Shown here: piece by piece, positions 54,949 to 64,000 of the stretch
Layout: every line of letters starts with the position of its first letter
Numbering within the stretch: position 1 is the first letter of the stretch
Assembly: GCA_034112185.1 (NCBI GenBank)
Contig: JAWUVW010000007.1
Location: forward strand, 911 to 64,910
Source of the DNA: Flavobacteriaceae bacterium
GTDB taxonomy: Bacteria; Bacteroidota; Bacteroidia; Flavobacteriales; Flavobacteriaceae
Direction: 5' to 3'
DNA: 64,000 nucleotides
Program-made: the position numbers and the translations under genes
Notes under the pieces: generated by a model
The model's input: only the letters and a program-made list of their open reading frames with translations
What the model was told of the DNA's origin: nothing
The model's database searches: none

Positions 54949-56256
54949 ATGAATTTTCTAACCATTTTAAGAATAAGTTTAATTGTGTTTTTTATTAGCA
55001 TATCTACTAGTATCAATGCACAAACCAATTCAAACAAAGTCTCTGCAACTATAACCTATGGCACAGCAACGGATGTGGGAATGTCTGACGAAAGACTTGC
55101 GCGAATAGACTCCATGTGCATGAGCGCTATTGAAGAAGGTGACCTGCCTGGAATTGTTGCGTTGGTCGCTAGAAATGGCAAAATCGTTTATAACAAAGCC
55201 TTTGGAACCTCCAATGCAGACACAAAAAAAGCGCTTAAAACAGATGACATCTTTAGACTAGCTTCCCAATCTAAAGCGATTACTGCTACTGCGGTTATGA
55301 TGCTTTGGGAACAAGGAAAGTTTAGGTTAGACGATCCGGTTTCTAAATACATCCCAGAATTTAAAAATCCAGTTGTGCTAGATTCACTTCTTAAAGACGG
55401 AACATACACAACCACTCCTGCAGACAAAGACATATCTATTAGACATTTATTAACCCATACTTCGGGTATAGGCTATGGCGTGATAGATGATGATGTACGG
55501 TTTAAGAAGCTCTATGAAAAAGCAGGCATTATTGATTTGTTTACAACAAAGAATATTAGTATCGGTGAAAATATTAAAAAACTAGCCGTACTTCCATTAC
55601 ACCATAATCCTGGTGAAAAATTCACCTATAGCGAGAGCTATGATGTGTTAGGTTATTTCATAGAAGTCCTTTCCGGTATGCCATTTGATACATTCTTGCG
55701 CACACATATTTTTGATCCTTTAGGGATGAATGACACTTGGTTTTATTTACCAGATTCTAAGGCCAATCGTTTAGTCGCTGTACAAGCAAAAGAAGATGGA
55801 AAATGGAAAAACTACCCTGTTACTTTCTATGATACGGATTACCCAATTAAAGGTGCAAAGCAGTTTTTATCTGGTGGCGCGGGACTTAGCAGTACAGCTA
55901 CCGATTACTCTAAATTTTTACAGATGTACTTAAATCAAGGTGTTTACAATAAAAAAAGATTACTAAGTAGAACAACTGTAAACCTTATTTTAGCGAACCA
56001 AATTGGAGATCTATGGGGAAAAGATACGCGTATGGATTACGGCTTAGCATTTGCGATTCAAAATCAAAAAGGAGAAGATGTAGGTGGTAGTGGTAGTAAA
56101 GGCAGTTTTAGTTGGGGAGGTTATTTTAATACCCAGTATTTTGCAGATCCTGAGGAACACACTATCGGGATTATTTTAAAACAAACACAAGGTCCTGTTT
56201 CTGATAAAACAGGTTGGAAATTCCCAATTTTAGTAACACAGGCCATAGATGATTAA
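54949..56256 (+). CDS. serine hydrolase, beta-lactamase/PBP4*-like family (secreted)
   Basis: 435 aa with a signal peptide, the SxxK motif ASQSKAIT, YSESYDV (YxN-like) and GAGLSSTATDYSKF. Confidence 0.85.
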   Translation: MNFLTILRISLIVFFISISTSINAQTNSNKVSATITYGTATDVGMSDERLARIDSMCMSAIEEGDLPGIVALVARNGKIVYNKAFGTSNADTKKALKTDDIFRLASQSKAITATAVMMLWEQGKFRLDDPVSKYIPEFKNPVVLDSLLKDGTYTTTPADKDISIRHLLTHTSGIGYGVIDDDVRFKKLYEKAGIIDLFTTKNISIGENIKKLAVLPLHHNPGEKFTYSESYDVLGYFIEVLSGMPFDTFLRTHIFDPLGMNDTWFYLPDSKANRLVAVQAKEDGKWKNYPVTFYDTDYPIKGAKQFLSGGAGLSSTATDYSKFLQMYLNQGVYNKKRLLSRTTVNLILANQIGDLWGKDTRMDYGLAFAIQNQKGEDVGGSGSKGSFSWGGYFNTQYFADPEEHTIGIILKQTQGPVSDKTGWKFPILVTQAIDD

Positions 56257-56635
56257 ACTTTTTAGAAACATAAGCTTAAGTGTTGTTTTATTTTCGGGGC
56301 TAGTAACTTTAAGTTGTAAGCATAAAAACCTGCTACCTGATCCTTTGGAAGCTGGTTGGAAAGGCAATGCTGTCTGTGAAGTTTTAGAAGAGCACAAAGA
56401 GCTCAGAGTCCTTAAATGTACTTTTAAGCCTGGTGTTGGACACGAAAAACATTTCCATAATCCGCATTTTGGATATACACTAGCTGGTGGAAAATTTAGA
56501 ATTACGGATACCACAGGAACAAGAGAAGTGGATGTGCCAACTGGTTATGGATTCAGCAACGATGCGTTCACCTCGCATGAGGTTTTAAATATAGGAGAAA
56601 CTACTGCTGTGTTTTTGATTATGGAATATAAATAA
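56249..56635 (+). CDS. cupin domain lipoprotein
   Basis: 128 aa with an LVTLSC lipobox. The GVGHEKHFH...FTSHEVLNIG pattern is cupin-like. Confidence 0.6.
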   Translation: MIKLFRNISLSVVLFSGLVTLSCKHKNLLPDPLEAGWKGNAVCEVLEEHKELRVLKCTFKPGVGHEKHFHNPHFGYTLAGGKFRITDTTGTREVDVPTGYGFSNDAFTSHEVLNIGETTAVFLIMEYK

Positions 56636-56675
56636 AAATTCATATCTTATATGTCGAAAAAGAAAACCAAATATT

Positions 56676-57122
56676 ATGATCACTTCAAAACGTTTCGAGA
56701 ACGCTATTAACAAACTCTATTCAGCCTTTCATCATAACACTTTAAATCCCGAAGATTGCAAACATTGTGCTGTCGGGAATATTTTAGATAATAAAGATAG
56801 TTGGGGACATTTAACGGATTTACATGGTTCTGTAAGATTGAATTATGTCGGATTGGTACATCAGAATCTAGGTCGGAAATTTAATGGTTATACGCCTTTA
56901 GAACTCTTACAAATAGAATCGTCCTTTTTAAAAGGTTGTGGTTACCGATTGGGAACAAACTACTGTCATAAACCAGATAGTCTTAAAGACAAAGACATTT
57001 TGTTTAATGGCCTTTGTGAAGTTGTTTCCACCCTTTGTGCATTAGATCGTATTGAAGATGTAATGAATTATGCAGTCCTGTTTGCCTATGAAAATACCAA
57101 TAACAATTTTGAATTAGCATAA
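56676..57122 (+). CDS. hypothetical protein
   Basis: 148 aa, cysteine-containing (CKHCAVGN). No family recognised. Confidence 0.5.
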   Translation: MITSKRFENAINKLYSAFHHNTLNPEDCKHCAVGNILDNKDSWGHLTDLHGSVRLNYVGLVHQNLGRKFNGYTPLELLQIESSFLKGCGYRLGTNYCHKPDSLKDKDILFNGLCEVVSTLCALDRIEDVMNYAVLFAYENTNNNFELA

Positions 57123-57140
57123 AGTGTATTTTTATAAATT

Positions 57141-57176
57141 AAAAAAGCCAACTCAATAATTGAGTTGGCTTTTTTT
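57141..57176. terminator. bidirectional rho-independent terminator (convergent genes)
   Basis: A6, then gccaactca (57147-57155), a 5-nt loop and tgagttggc (57161-57169), then T7. Confidence 0.85.
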
Positions 57177-57222
57177 ATGTTACCGCTTTGTCGCTTAAGA
57201 AACCCCTACCTAAGTAGATATT

Positions 57223-58530
57223 CTAGCCTCCAAAATCATCAAATCTAATATGCTCATCTGCAATCCCATAGTCTTCACCCATTTTCTGAACGGCTTGGTT
57301 CATTAGTGGCGGTCCACAGAAATACAATTCTATATCTTCAGGTGACTCATGAAGACTTAAATAGTTATCTATAACACAATTGTGTATAAAACCTACGAAA
57401 CCATCTCCTGATGCATCTAAACTATCTTTTACCTTCCAGTTATCTTCTTCCGCTGGCTCAGACAGTGCCATGTAGAACTTAAAGTTAGGAAAATCTTTTT
57501 CTAAATCCTTAAAGTGATCGATATAGAATAGCTCACGTTTAGAACGTCCTCCGTACCAATAAGTGACTTTACGACCTGTTTTAAGAGTTCTAAATAACTC
57601 ATATAAGTGAGAACGCATTGGTGCCATACCTGCTCCACCACCTACGTAAAGCATTTCGCTCTCTGACTCATTAATGAAGAATTCACCGTAAGGGCCAGAA
57701 ATTGTTACTTTATCTCCTTTTTTCTGATTAAAGATATATGATGATGCAATACCTGGATTTACATCCATCCAACCGTTCTTAGAACGGTCCCACGGTGGCG
57801 TTGCAATACGAACGTTAAGCATAATCTCGCGTCCTTCAGCAGGATAAGAGGCCATAGAATAAGCACGCTCAACAGTTTCGTTATTTTTCATCACTAAGGG
57901 CCACAGATTAAATTTATCCCATTCCGCTTGAAATTTATCTGGCGTCTCATGTTCTTCAGGGTGTGCTGTGATATCCATATCGGCAAATTTTACTTCACAT
58001 TCAGGAATTTCAATTTGAATATACCCACCTGCTTTATACCCCATATCCTCAGGAATCTCTACTACGAACTCTTTAATAAATGACGCTACGTTATAATTTC
58101 TAACAACCGTCGCTTCCCATTTTTTTATTCCAAAGACTTCTTCAGGAATTGTAATTTCCATATCCTGCTTTACTTTCACTTGGCAAGATAGGCGTGCGCC
58201 ATCTTTTAATTCTTTTCTACTAAAATGAGGTGTTTCCGTAGGCAATGCTTCACCACCTCCAGAAAGTACATGACACTCACATTGAATACACGTACCACCA
58301 CCTCCACATGCTGATGGTAAAAAGACTTTGTTACTACTAAGGGTGTTAAGAAGTGTACTTCCAGAAGCGACTTCAATTTCGCGTTCGCCATTAATCAAAA
58401 TCTTTACAGGACCCGACGGCGATAGTTTTTGCTTTACTACCAATAATAAACTAACTAATACCAACGTCACCAATAAAAAGGCTGCAACCGTCGCTATGAC
58501 TGTTCCTGTTGTTCCTGCTGCTAAAATCAT
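57223..58530 (-). CDS. nqrF: Na+-translocating NADH:quinone oxidoreductase subunit F
   Basis: 435 aa with an N-terminal TM segment, 2Fe-2S cysteines (CGGGGTCIQCEC...C), the RAYSMAS FAD motif and the GGGAGMAP NADH motif. Confidence 0.95.
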   Translation of the reverse strand: MILAAGTTGTVIATVAAFLLVTLVLVSLLLVVKQKLSPSGPVKILINGEREIEVASGSTLLNTLSSNKVFLPSACGGGGTCIQCECHVLSGGGEALPTETPHFSRKELKDGARLSCQVKVKQDMEITIPEEVFGIKKWEATVVRNYNVASFIKEFVVEIPEDMGYKAGGYIQIEIPECEVKFADMDITAHPEEHETPDKFQAEWDKFNLWPLVMKNNETVERAYSMASYPAEGREIMLNVRIATPPWDRSKNGWMDVNPGIASSYIFNQKKGDKVTISGPYGEFFINESESEMLYVGGGAGMAPMRSHLYELFRTLKTGRKVTYWYGGRSKRELFYIDHFKDLEKDFPNFKFYMALSEPAEEDNWKVKDSLDASGDGFVGFIHNCVIDNYLSLHESPEDIELYFCGPPLMNQAVQKMGEDYGIADEHIRFDDFGG

Positions 58531-58537
58531 ATTTGGG

Positions 58538-59257
58538 CTATTTTATAGTGTTATCTGCTAATTCCTTAGCATCTTTTTCAATTTTAACTTGTTCTACTTT
58601 TACCGTTGGCTCTGTTGAAGGCTCAGCTTCGTCGTCCCCACCGGTTAACATTCCACCAAAGCTTAAGAAGCCAATACCCATTAAACCTGTAATAATAAAT
58701 GTAATTCCTAAACCTCTTAATGGTGGTGGCACATTACTATATCTAATTTTTTCACGTATCGCTGCTATAGCAAGAATCGCTAAAAACCATCCAATCCCTG
58801 AAGATACACCATAATTTAATGCCAATCCTAAGCTTTCAATTTCACGAGATTGCATAAATAAAGACCCCCCCAGTATGGCGCAGTTTACTGCAATAAGCGG
58901 CAGGAATATACCCAACGAATTATATAATGATGGTGAGAACTTTTCTACCACAATTTCTACCAATTGCACCATAGTTGCTATGGTTGCGATAAACATAATA
59001 AATGATAAAAAGCCTAAATCGTAATCTGCGTATTCTTCACCTAACCATCTTAACGCACCTGGTTGTAAAAGGTATTGATCCAATAACCAGTTTAAAGGCA
59101 CTGTAATAGCCAGTACAAAAATTACTGCGGCGCCAAGTCCGACTGCTGTTGCCACTTTTTTAGAAACGGCTAAGTATGAACACATCCCTAAAAACACAGC
59201 AAATACCATATTATCAATAAAAACGGCCTTGAAAAACAATTCTAAATGTTCTATCAT
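58538..59257 (-). CDS. nqrE: Na+-NQR subunit E, with a C-terminal extension of about 40 aa
   Basis: ORF 58538..59287, with the start preferred at MIEHLELFFKAVFIDNMVF, which aligns with Vibrio MEHYISLLVKSIFIENMAL. LPLIAVNCAILGG and IREKIRYSNVPPPLRGLGITFI. Confidence 0.9.
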   Translation of the reverse strand: MIEHLELFFKAVFIDNMVFAVFLGMCSYLAVSKKVATAVGLGAAVIFVLAITVPLNWLLDQYLLQPGALRWLGEEYADYDLGFLSFIMFIATIATMVQLVEIVVEKFSPSLYNSLGIFLPLIAVNCAILGGSLFMQSREIESLGLALNYGVSSGIGWFLAILAIAAIREKIRYSNVPPPLRGLGITFIITGLMGIGFLSFGGMLTGGDDEAEPSTEPTVKVEQVKIEKDAKELADNTIK

Positions 59258-59353
59258 TTTCTTATTTTTTTCAATCCTAAACTTCATTTAGGATTTAATT
59301 TATCTTTTACTTGACTTCAAGATATCCTGAAATAAATTCAGAAACACTCTGTG

Positions 59354-59998
59354 TTAATCTTCTATTAGTGCCTTATTTCGACTACGTTGTATCCAAATAA
59401 GGAGACCTACAATAATCAATGCCATAGGTGGCATTAGCATAAAGCCATTGTTTTCGTAACCTATTGAAAAGACGCCTGTTTTTTCAATAGGATCACCTAA
59501 AACAGGAATCCCAAATAAAGTTCCAGCACCTAAAAGCTCTCTAAAAAAACCAACTATCACTAGTATAACGGCATAACCTAAAGCGTTACCAATACCGTCT
59601 AAAAATGCTCTGTAAGGACCATTACCTAAAGCGAAGGCTTCAAAACGTCCCATAATGATGCAGTTTGTAATAATTAAACCAATAAATACCGAGAGCGTTT
59701 TACTCAACTCAAAGGCATAAGCCTTTAAAACTTGATCTACAATAATTACAAGAGACGCCACTACGATGAGCTGTACTATAATTCTTATTTTTGACGGGAT
59801 AATGTTCCGCATCAAAGAAATAACGACGTTTCCGACTCCCATTACAAATAATACAGCAACTCCCATTACTAAAGATGCTTTAAGATCAGCAGTAATTGCT
59901 AGAGCCGAACAAATACCTAAAACTTGTATGGTGATTGGATTGTTATCCGCTAATGGATCCGTGATTAACTTTGTATCTTTTTTTGATAATAGTCCCAT
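59354..59998 (-). CDS. nqrD: Na+-NQR subunit D
   Basis: 214 aa. DNNPITIQVLGICSALA, ITNCIIMGR and polytopic topology. Confidence 0.9.
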   Translation of the reverse strand: MGLLSKKDTKLITDPLADNNPITIQVLGICSALAITADLKASLVMGVAVLFVMGVGNVVISLMRNIIPSKIRIIVQLIVVASLVIIVDQVLKAYAFELSKTLSVFIGLIITNCIIMGRFEAFALGNGPYRAFLDGIGNALGYAVILVIVGFFRELLGAGTLFGIPVLGDPIEKTGVFSIGYENNGFMLMPPMALIIVGLLIWIQRSRNKALIED

Positions 59999-59999
59999 A

Positions 60000-60809
60000 C
60001 TAATTTAGTTTTGTTTTTAAATCCTCAAAATATGGCATATACAATTTTAAATCTTTCTTTATCATTGCAGACACACCGTCCCCTGTTATAGTTGCACCAG
60101 CCAAGGCGTCAACTTCATAATCCTTCTTATCCTCATTTTTCGGATCATTATTACCTTTTGCAACCTTTATTCCTTTAAATACTCCAGCATCAGTCAATAA
60201 GTGTTCACCATAAAAATCATCCATAAAGTAACGCTGCTTAATATTAGACCCTAAGCCTGGTGTTTCGCCGGCGTGATCGAAGAATGTTCCTCTAATCACC
60301 ATATCTTCATCTAAAGCTACAAAACCCCAAATGGCATCCCAAAGACCTTTACCTCTTATTGGGGCAACATAAACAACCTTACCTTCTTGCTTACCTACAA
60401 ATAAAGGTAATAATCTGGACTCCCCATTTTTAGCTCGTGCTTGTTGTTTTTTAACGTCAATTAAATAAGGCTCTTTTCCTTTTCCCTCATCTTTAGAATC
60501 CATAAACTCCTGACGCGTCATTTTGTTTATAATTTTTCCGTCTTTTACCTCCAATACTAATTGCTCCGAAACGTTGGCTGCAAATGCATCCGCTACTTCA
60601 TCTGTGGAAATAAAACTAATGTCACCCTTACCTTCATTTGAATTTACACCTAAAGCGTACAGAATATTCTGCTGCTTTTCCATGCGTTCATTTTCTTTAA
60701 TTTGAGGCTTCAAAGACGATGCTGTAAAAGCAAGTAAAGAACCTACAACGAATACCATTACTACTGCAAATAGTATGGTATATGAATTTTTATCTGTGTC
60801 AACTGCCAT
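60000..60809 (-). CDS. nqrC: Na+-NQR subunit C (FMN-binding)
   Basis: 269 aa with an N-terminal TM segment, GLWD, ETPGLG and the flavinylation-type site VDALAGATITG. Confidence 0.9.
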   Translation of the reverse strand: MAVDTDKNSYTILFAVVMVFVVGSLLAFTASSLKPQIKENERMEKQQNILYALGVNSNEGKGDISFISTDEVADAFAANVSEQLVLEVKDGKIINKMTRQEFMDSKDEGKGKEPYLIDVKKQQARAKNGESRLLPLFVGKQEGKVVYVAPIRGKGLWDAIWGFVALDEDMVIRGTFFDHAGETPGLGSNIKQRYFMDDFYGEHLLTDAGVFKGIKVAKGNNDPKNEDKKDYEVDALAGATITGDGVSAMIKKDLKLYMPYFEDLKTKLN

Positions 60810-60811
60810 AA

Positions 60812-62020
60812 TTATGCTATTTTAACTTTTACACGTTTTAGTCTGCGTTTTACATTTCCTTGTACGACGTAATGATCAATCGTTGGTGCAAATACATTCA
60901 TTAACAGGATGGCTAAGAAAACACCTTCTGGATAGGCTGGATTAAATACCCGAATCATAATAGACAAAAATCCAATTAAGAACCCGTAAATCCATTTACC
61001 TTTATTCGTCTGTGATGCTGTTACCGGATCTGTTGCCATATACACCGCACCAAATAAAATACTACCAATAATTAAATGCTGCCAGAATGGTACATTCATT
61101 AAGCCATAAAACTTACTTGAATCTGAAATCCAACCCGCATCTACAACACCATTAAATATGAAGCCCATTGTTAAGGCCCCAATTAAGGTTGACACTATAA
61201 TTCTCCAACTTCCAATTTTGGTAAAAATCAAGAATAGTGCACCTATTATAATCAAGAACTTGGAGGTTTCACCAACAGAACCTGGTATAATTCCCCAAAA
61301 CATATCCCAAATATCATAACCCAATGTTCCATTATTTTGCGCCAAACTTCCGAGTATGGTTTCTCCAGAAATAGCGTCTGGTGTACCAGCAGTTTCAACA
61401 GCACCGTGTACCCAAACTTTATCACCCGACATCCATGTTGGATAGGCGAAAAACAAGAAAGCACGAATGGTTAATGCTGGATTAAGAATATTCATTCCCG
61501 TTCCTCCAAAAACTTCTTTACCAATAACAACACCAAAAATCACAGCTACAGATAGCATCCACAACGGAATATCAATAGGAACAATTAGTGGCACTAACAT
61601 ACCTGTTACCAAATAGCCTTCTTCTACTTCGTGCCCTTTGATAATGGCGAAAACAAACTCTACTGCTAAACCAACACCATAGGATACAACCACTAGTGGT
61701 AATACTTTCCAAAGACCAATAACTAAGTTATCCCATGTCCAGAAAGAAGCACCCAAGAATCCGTCTGCGGATTCTATTAAGCCTTGTGCTAAATAATGCT
61801 GGTAACCCGCATTAAACATACCGAATATTAAACACGGTACTAAAGCCATGATTACGGTATTCATCGTACGCTTTAAATCGTCTGCTACCTTTATGTGAGT
61901 ACCATTATGTGTGGTCTCGTTTGGCAAGTATAAAAACGTATGGAGCGCATTAAATGCAGGAATCCATTTCTTGTCTTTATTCTTTTCTTTAAAACTATGT
62001 AAATTTTGTTTTAAACCCAT
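60812..62020 (-). CDS. nqrB: Na+-NQR subunit B
   Basis: 402 aa, polytopic, with GGTGMNILNPAL, DAISGETILG (flavinylation-type site) and FMATDPVT-like YMATDPVT. Confidence 0.9.
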   Translation of the reverse strand: MGLKQNLHSFKEKNKDKKWIPAFNALHTFLYLPNETTHNGTHIKVADDLKRTMNTVIMALVPCLIFGMFNAGYQHYLAQGLIESADGFLGASFWTWDNLVIGLWKVLPLVVVSYGVGLAVEFVFAIIKGHEVEEGYLVTGMLVPLIVPIDIPLWMLSVAVIFGVVIGKEVFGGTGMNILNPALTIRAFLFFAYPTWMSGDKVWVHGAVETAGTPDAISGETILGSLAQNNGTLGYDIWDMFWGIIPGSVGETSKFLIIIGALFLIFTKIGSWRIIVSTLIGALTMGFIFNGVVDAGWISDSSKFYGLMNVPFWQHLIIGSILFGAVYMATDPVTASQTNKGKWIYGFLIGFLSIMIRVFNPAYPEGVFLAILLMNVFAPTIDHYVVQGNVKRRLKRVKVKIA

Positions 62021-63369
62021 TATCCTATCTCTTTTAGCATTAAGTCTAATCCTTCTCTTATTATTTTTTGATGTGGTTGTTTAGACACACATACAAATTC
62101 TGTCAACGCGAAATCCTCAGGTGCAACCTCGTACATCCCTAAAGCTTCCATTTCATCTAAATCTTGATACATACAAGCCTTTAAAATCTGCATTGGGTAG
62201 ATGTCTAAAGGAAAAACTTGTTCGTAAGTTCCCGTAGTTACAAATGCACGATGTTCTCCGTTTGTATTTGTATTTAGAGCAAATTTCTTCTTAGGGGTTA
62301 ACCATGAAAATGTTAGCGCTCTTGATGTAGATACTTTATTGAAAACCGGTTTGTTCCAACCAAAAAATTCGTAGTCATCACCTTCAGGAATCACTGTAAT
62401 TACATTACTGTAATAATCCAAATTACCATCGGGCTGTATGTGTTTCCCTGATAAGACGTTTCCAGAAATAATACGATCGTTTCCATCTTTATCAACACCG
62501 TTATCGTAAATCATAGTTGCTATTTCAGAACCAATAATGGTTTTGAAATATCTAGGCTTTTTAACGGAGGAACCTGCAAGCGCAACAATACGCTCAGCAT
62601 TAAACTTTCCTGTTAATAAAAGCTCACCAATAATTACTAAATCTTGTGCATTAACGGTCCAAACAACTTCACCCTTATTTACAGGACTCACTTTATTAAT
62701 TAGAGTTCCGACGTTCCCAGAAGGATGTGGGCCAGAAACTTTATATGTTGTTGTATTGTTTAAGTTGGCTAATGGCGAATTAGTACTACCCACTGAGATA
62801 TGTACGCCACCATCTGTTAACTTAGATAATGCAGTTACAGCCGCTTGTAATTCAGCTTCTTTACCTGTTAGGGTATACTCTAAATTAGCCGCTAGAGGCG
62901 CACTCGCATAACCAGAAATAAATATAGCCTTAGGCGTTTTATCTGCCTTCGCCACCACATCATAAGGACGTTGTTTTATAAAAGCCCAACACCCAGAGGC
63001 TAATAGATGTGCTTTTACTTTATCGGCAGTAGCGGCTAAATCAAATTTACCGTGATCTAAATGCATTTGCGTTTTGTCTGCGGTAATTTTAATGGCGTCT
63101 ATTCGACGTCTTGGTCCACGTTGCACTTCAGTCACTTCCCCAGAAACTGGCGAAACAAACTTCATAACCTCATTATCCTTATTGTAAAATAAAGTCTCAC
63201 CTGCCTTGACATGTGTCCCTTCTTTTGCAATAAGTTTTGGTATAATACTATGGAAATCTTCGGGCCTTATAGAGTAGGAATTGCTAATAATAGCATTTTC
63301 TGTAGCTTTCTCGGCTTCACCGATTAACTTTATATCTAAACCCTTTTTTATCTTGATGTCTTTTGACAT
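62020..63369 (-). CDS. nqrA: Na+-NQR subunit A
   Basis: 449 aa. IKIKKGLDIKL.GEAE, the SPVSG.V pattern and its operon position. ATGA-type overlap with nqrB. Confidence 0.9.
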   Translation of the reverse strand: MSKDIKIKKGLDIKLIGEAEKATENAIISNSYSIRPEDFHSIIPKLIAKEGTHVKAGETLFYNKDNEVMKFVSPVSGEVTEVQRGPRRRIDAIKITADKTQMHLDHGKFDLAATADKVKAHLLASGCWAFIKQRPYDVVAKADKTPKAIFISGYASAPLAANLEYTLTGKEAELQAAVTALSKLTDGGVHISVGSTNSPLANLNNTTTYKVSGPHPSGNVGTLINKVSPVNKGEVVWTVNAQDLVIIGELLLTGKFNAERIVALAGSSVKKPRYFKTIIGSEIATMIYDNGVDKDGNDRIISGNVLSGKHIQPDGNLDYYSNVITVIPEGDDYEFFGWNKPVFNKVSTSRALTFSWLTPKKKFALNTNTNGEHRAFVTTGTYEQVFPLDIYPMQILKACMYQDLDEMEALGMYEVAPEDFALTEFVCVSKQPHQKIIREGLDLMLKEIG

Positions 63370-63445
63370 ATACTTAAAAGATTAGTTAAGTAGAGCTCCT
63401 TTTCGGTTACATACAAAAACTGTAAATGAGCTCTAAAAATCGATG

Positions 63446-63453
63446 CAAATTTA
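63446..63453 (-). promoter_or_regulatory. candidate -7 box TAAATTTG for the nqr operon
   Basis: The plus strand reads caaattta, so the minus strand reads TAAATTTG, 76 nt upstream of the nqrA ATG. Confidence 0.3.
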
Positions 63454-63865
63454 CGAATTAATGCTCAATTAATTTTCATATTAAAACATCTTTTTTATTT
63501 ATAGTGATTATAAATAAATTTAATGATTGCGCCATACATCGCCATAACACCCTATAGATAATAGAATTATCGTATGGCTAAAGTCAAATATTTATAAAAA
63601 TAGCGGATCCTACTAGTCGTATTCAAACTACTCCAATTACATACACTCATATAAATCCTCTACCTATTATACCCGTAATTTCATTCTGGTAATGCCAATA
63701 CTGTGTTAAACACAAAGTAAAACAGCTATAGTACTTATCCTATTTAAGTTGCATCTTCTAGAAAAAACAACGTTCTATCAATCCCATAGTCCTACACTGG
63801 ATAATTTAGTTAATTACTTTTAGGCAAACAAAAACTAAAACTATATGGTGCTGTCAAACCAAATA

Positions 63866-63900
63866 AAAACGCTGTCAGAATAAATTTCCGACAGCGTTTT
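63866..63900. terminator. hairpin terminator (aaaacgctgtc...gacagcgtttt)
   Basis: 11-bp perfect stem (63866-63876 with 63890-63900) and a 13-nt loop, with A/T runs on both sides. It lies about 35 nt downstream of the minus-strand stop at 63936-63938. Confidence 0.75.
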
Positions 63901-63935
63901 TGGTTTTTGAACTCATGTAAAAAATGTTATACTTA

Positions 63936-63998
63936 CTAATTCATCAGCTTTCTAGTCACTTCTATTACGTTTCCATCACTTAATTCAATAACGGTAAG
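63936..63998 (-). CDS. 3' end (last 20 codons) of an unidentified gene entering from the right edge
   Basis: This is the only open minus-strand frame at the window edge: ...LTVIELSDGNVIEVTRKLMN*. It is followed by a strong hairpin. The resemblance to a T9SS C-terminal sorting tail is only a guess. Confidence 0.3.
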   Translation of the reverse strand, partial: LTVIELSDGNVIEVTRKLMN

Positions 63999-64000
63999 GT

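Noticed and set aside
1-64000. tRNA, rRNA, tmRNA, RNase P or SRP genes
   Set aside because: Scanning by eye, I found no GTTCGAATC-type T-loop context or other hallmark in any spacer. This is a visual scan only; tRNAscan or cmscan would be decisive.

Overview
Low-GC, densely coding chromosome segment that looks like Bacteroidota, class Flavobacteriia. Support for that: TAnnTTTG-type -7 promoter boxes, no Shine-Dalgarno sequences, a fused E1 alpha/beta 2-oxoacid dehydrogenase, an Na+-NQR operon, and CarboxypepD_reg-like secreted proteins. All product calls come from reading the supplied translations against family motifs I remember; no searches were run.

Content from left to right:
- hemL (5' part), a LysM/glucosaminidase cell-wall hydrolase, and an ACC-deaminase-family PLP enzyme.
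- A solitary hutU, a DUF4136-like lipoprotein with a Gly/Trp repeat, a SulP transporter and a cold-shock protein.
- Two secreted amidohydrolases and two tandem bestrophin-family channels.
- A branched-chain 2-oxoacid dehydrogenase cluster (fused E1, ilvE, E2) with a divergent Lrp/AsnC regulator.
- A roughly 14.7 kb phenylacetate (paa) catabolic operon on the minus strand: TetR regulator, then paaE-A-B-C-D-G, a PLP dehydratase, paaH, paaI, paaJ, paaZ, an enoyl-CoA hydratase and paaY. No paaK ligase lies in the window.
- A kynurenine-branch trio (3-hydroxyanthranilate dioxygenase, ACMSD-family amidohydrolase, O-methyltransferase), tatA and an M1 peptidase.
- Three tandem CarboxypepD_reg-like paralogs (one frameshifted), pepE, a GNAT acetyltransferase, a decayed M48 peptidase pseudogene and an ankyrin-repeat protein.
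- gpmI, a CoA-transferase, map, a methyltransferase, apbE, a serine hydrolase, a cupin protein, and nqrFEDCBA.

I found no tRNA, rRNA, CRISPR array, transposase, integrase or recognisable defence island, and no clear-cut novel multi-gene system.

The most unusual structure is a set of three small-ORF cassettes: a four-helix-bundle '23S rRNA IVS-type' protein, a DUF559 endonuclease-fold protein and a GxxExxY PD-(D/E)XK-fold protein.
- Each is tightly bracketed by its own inverted repeats.
- Each sits co-directionally inside an operon spacer; two of them are inside the paa operon.
- The DUF559 cassette reads in frame into a PLP dehydratase that has no canonical start codon of its own.

The paa operon spacers are also filled with GC-rich hairpin repeats. 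Other points worth a second look are a three-domain PaaZ, a signal-peptide ORF translationally coupled inside the paa operon, a candidate PaaR operator, a G-quadruplex-prone GGCTGG microsatellite, and two ORF-free stretches of about 570-600 bp.
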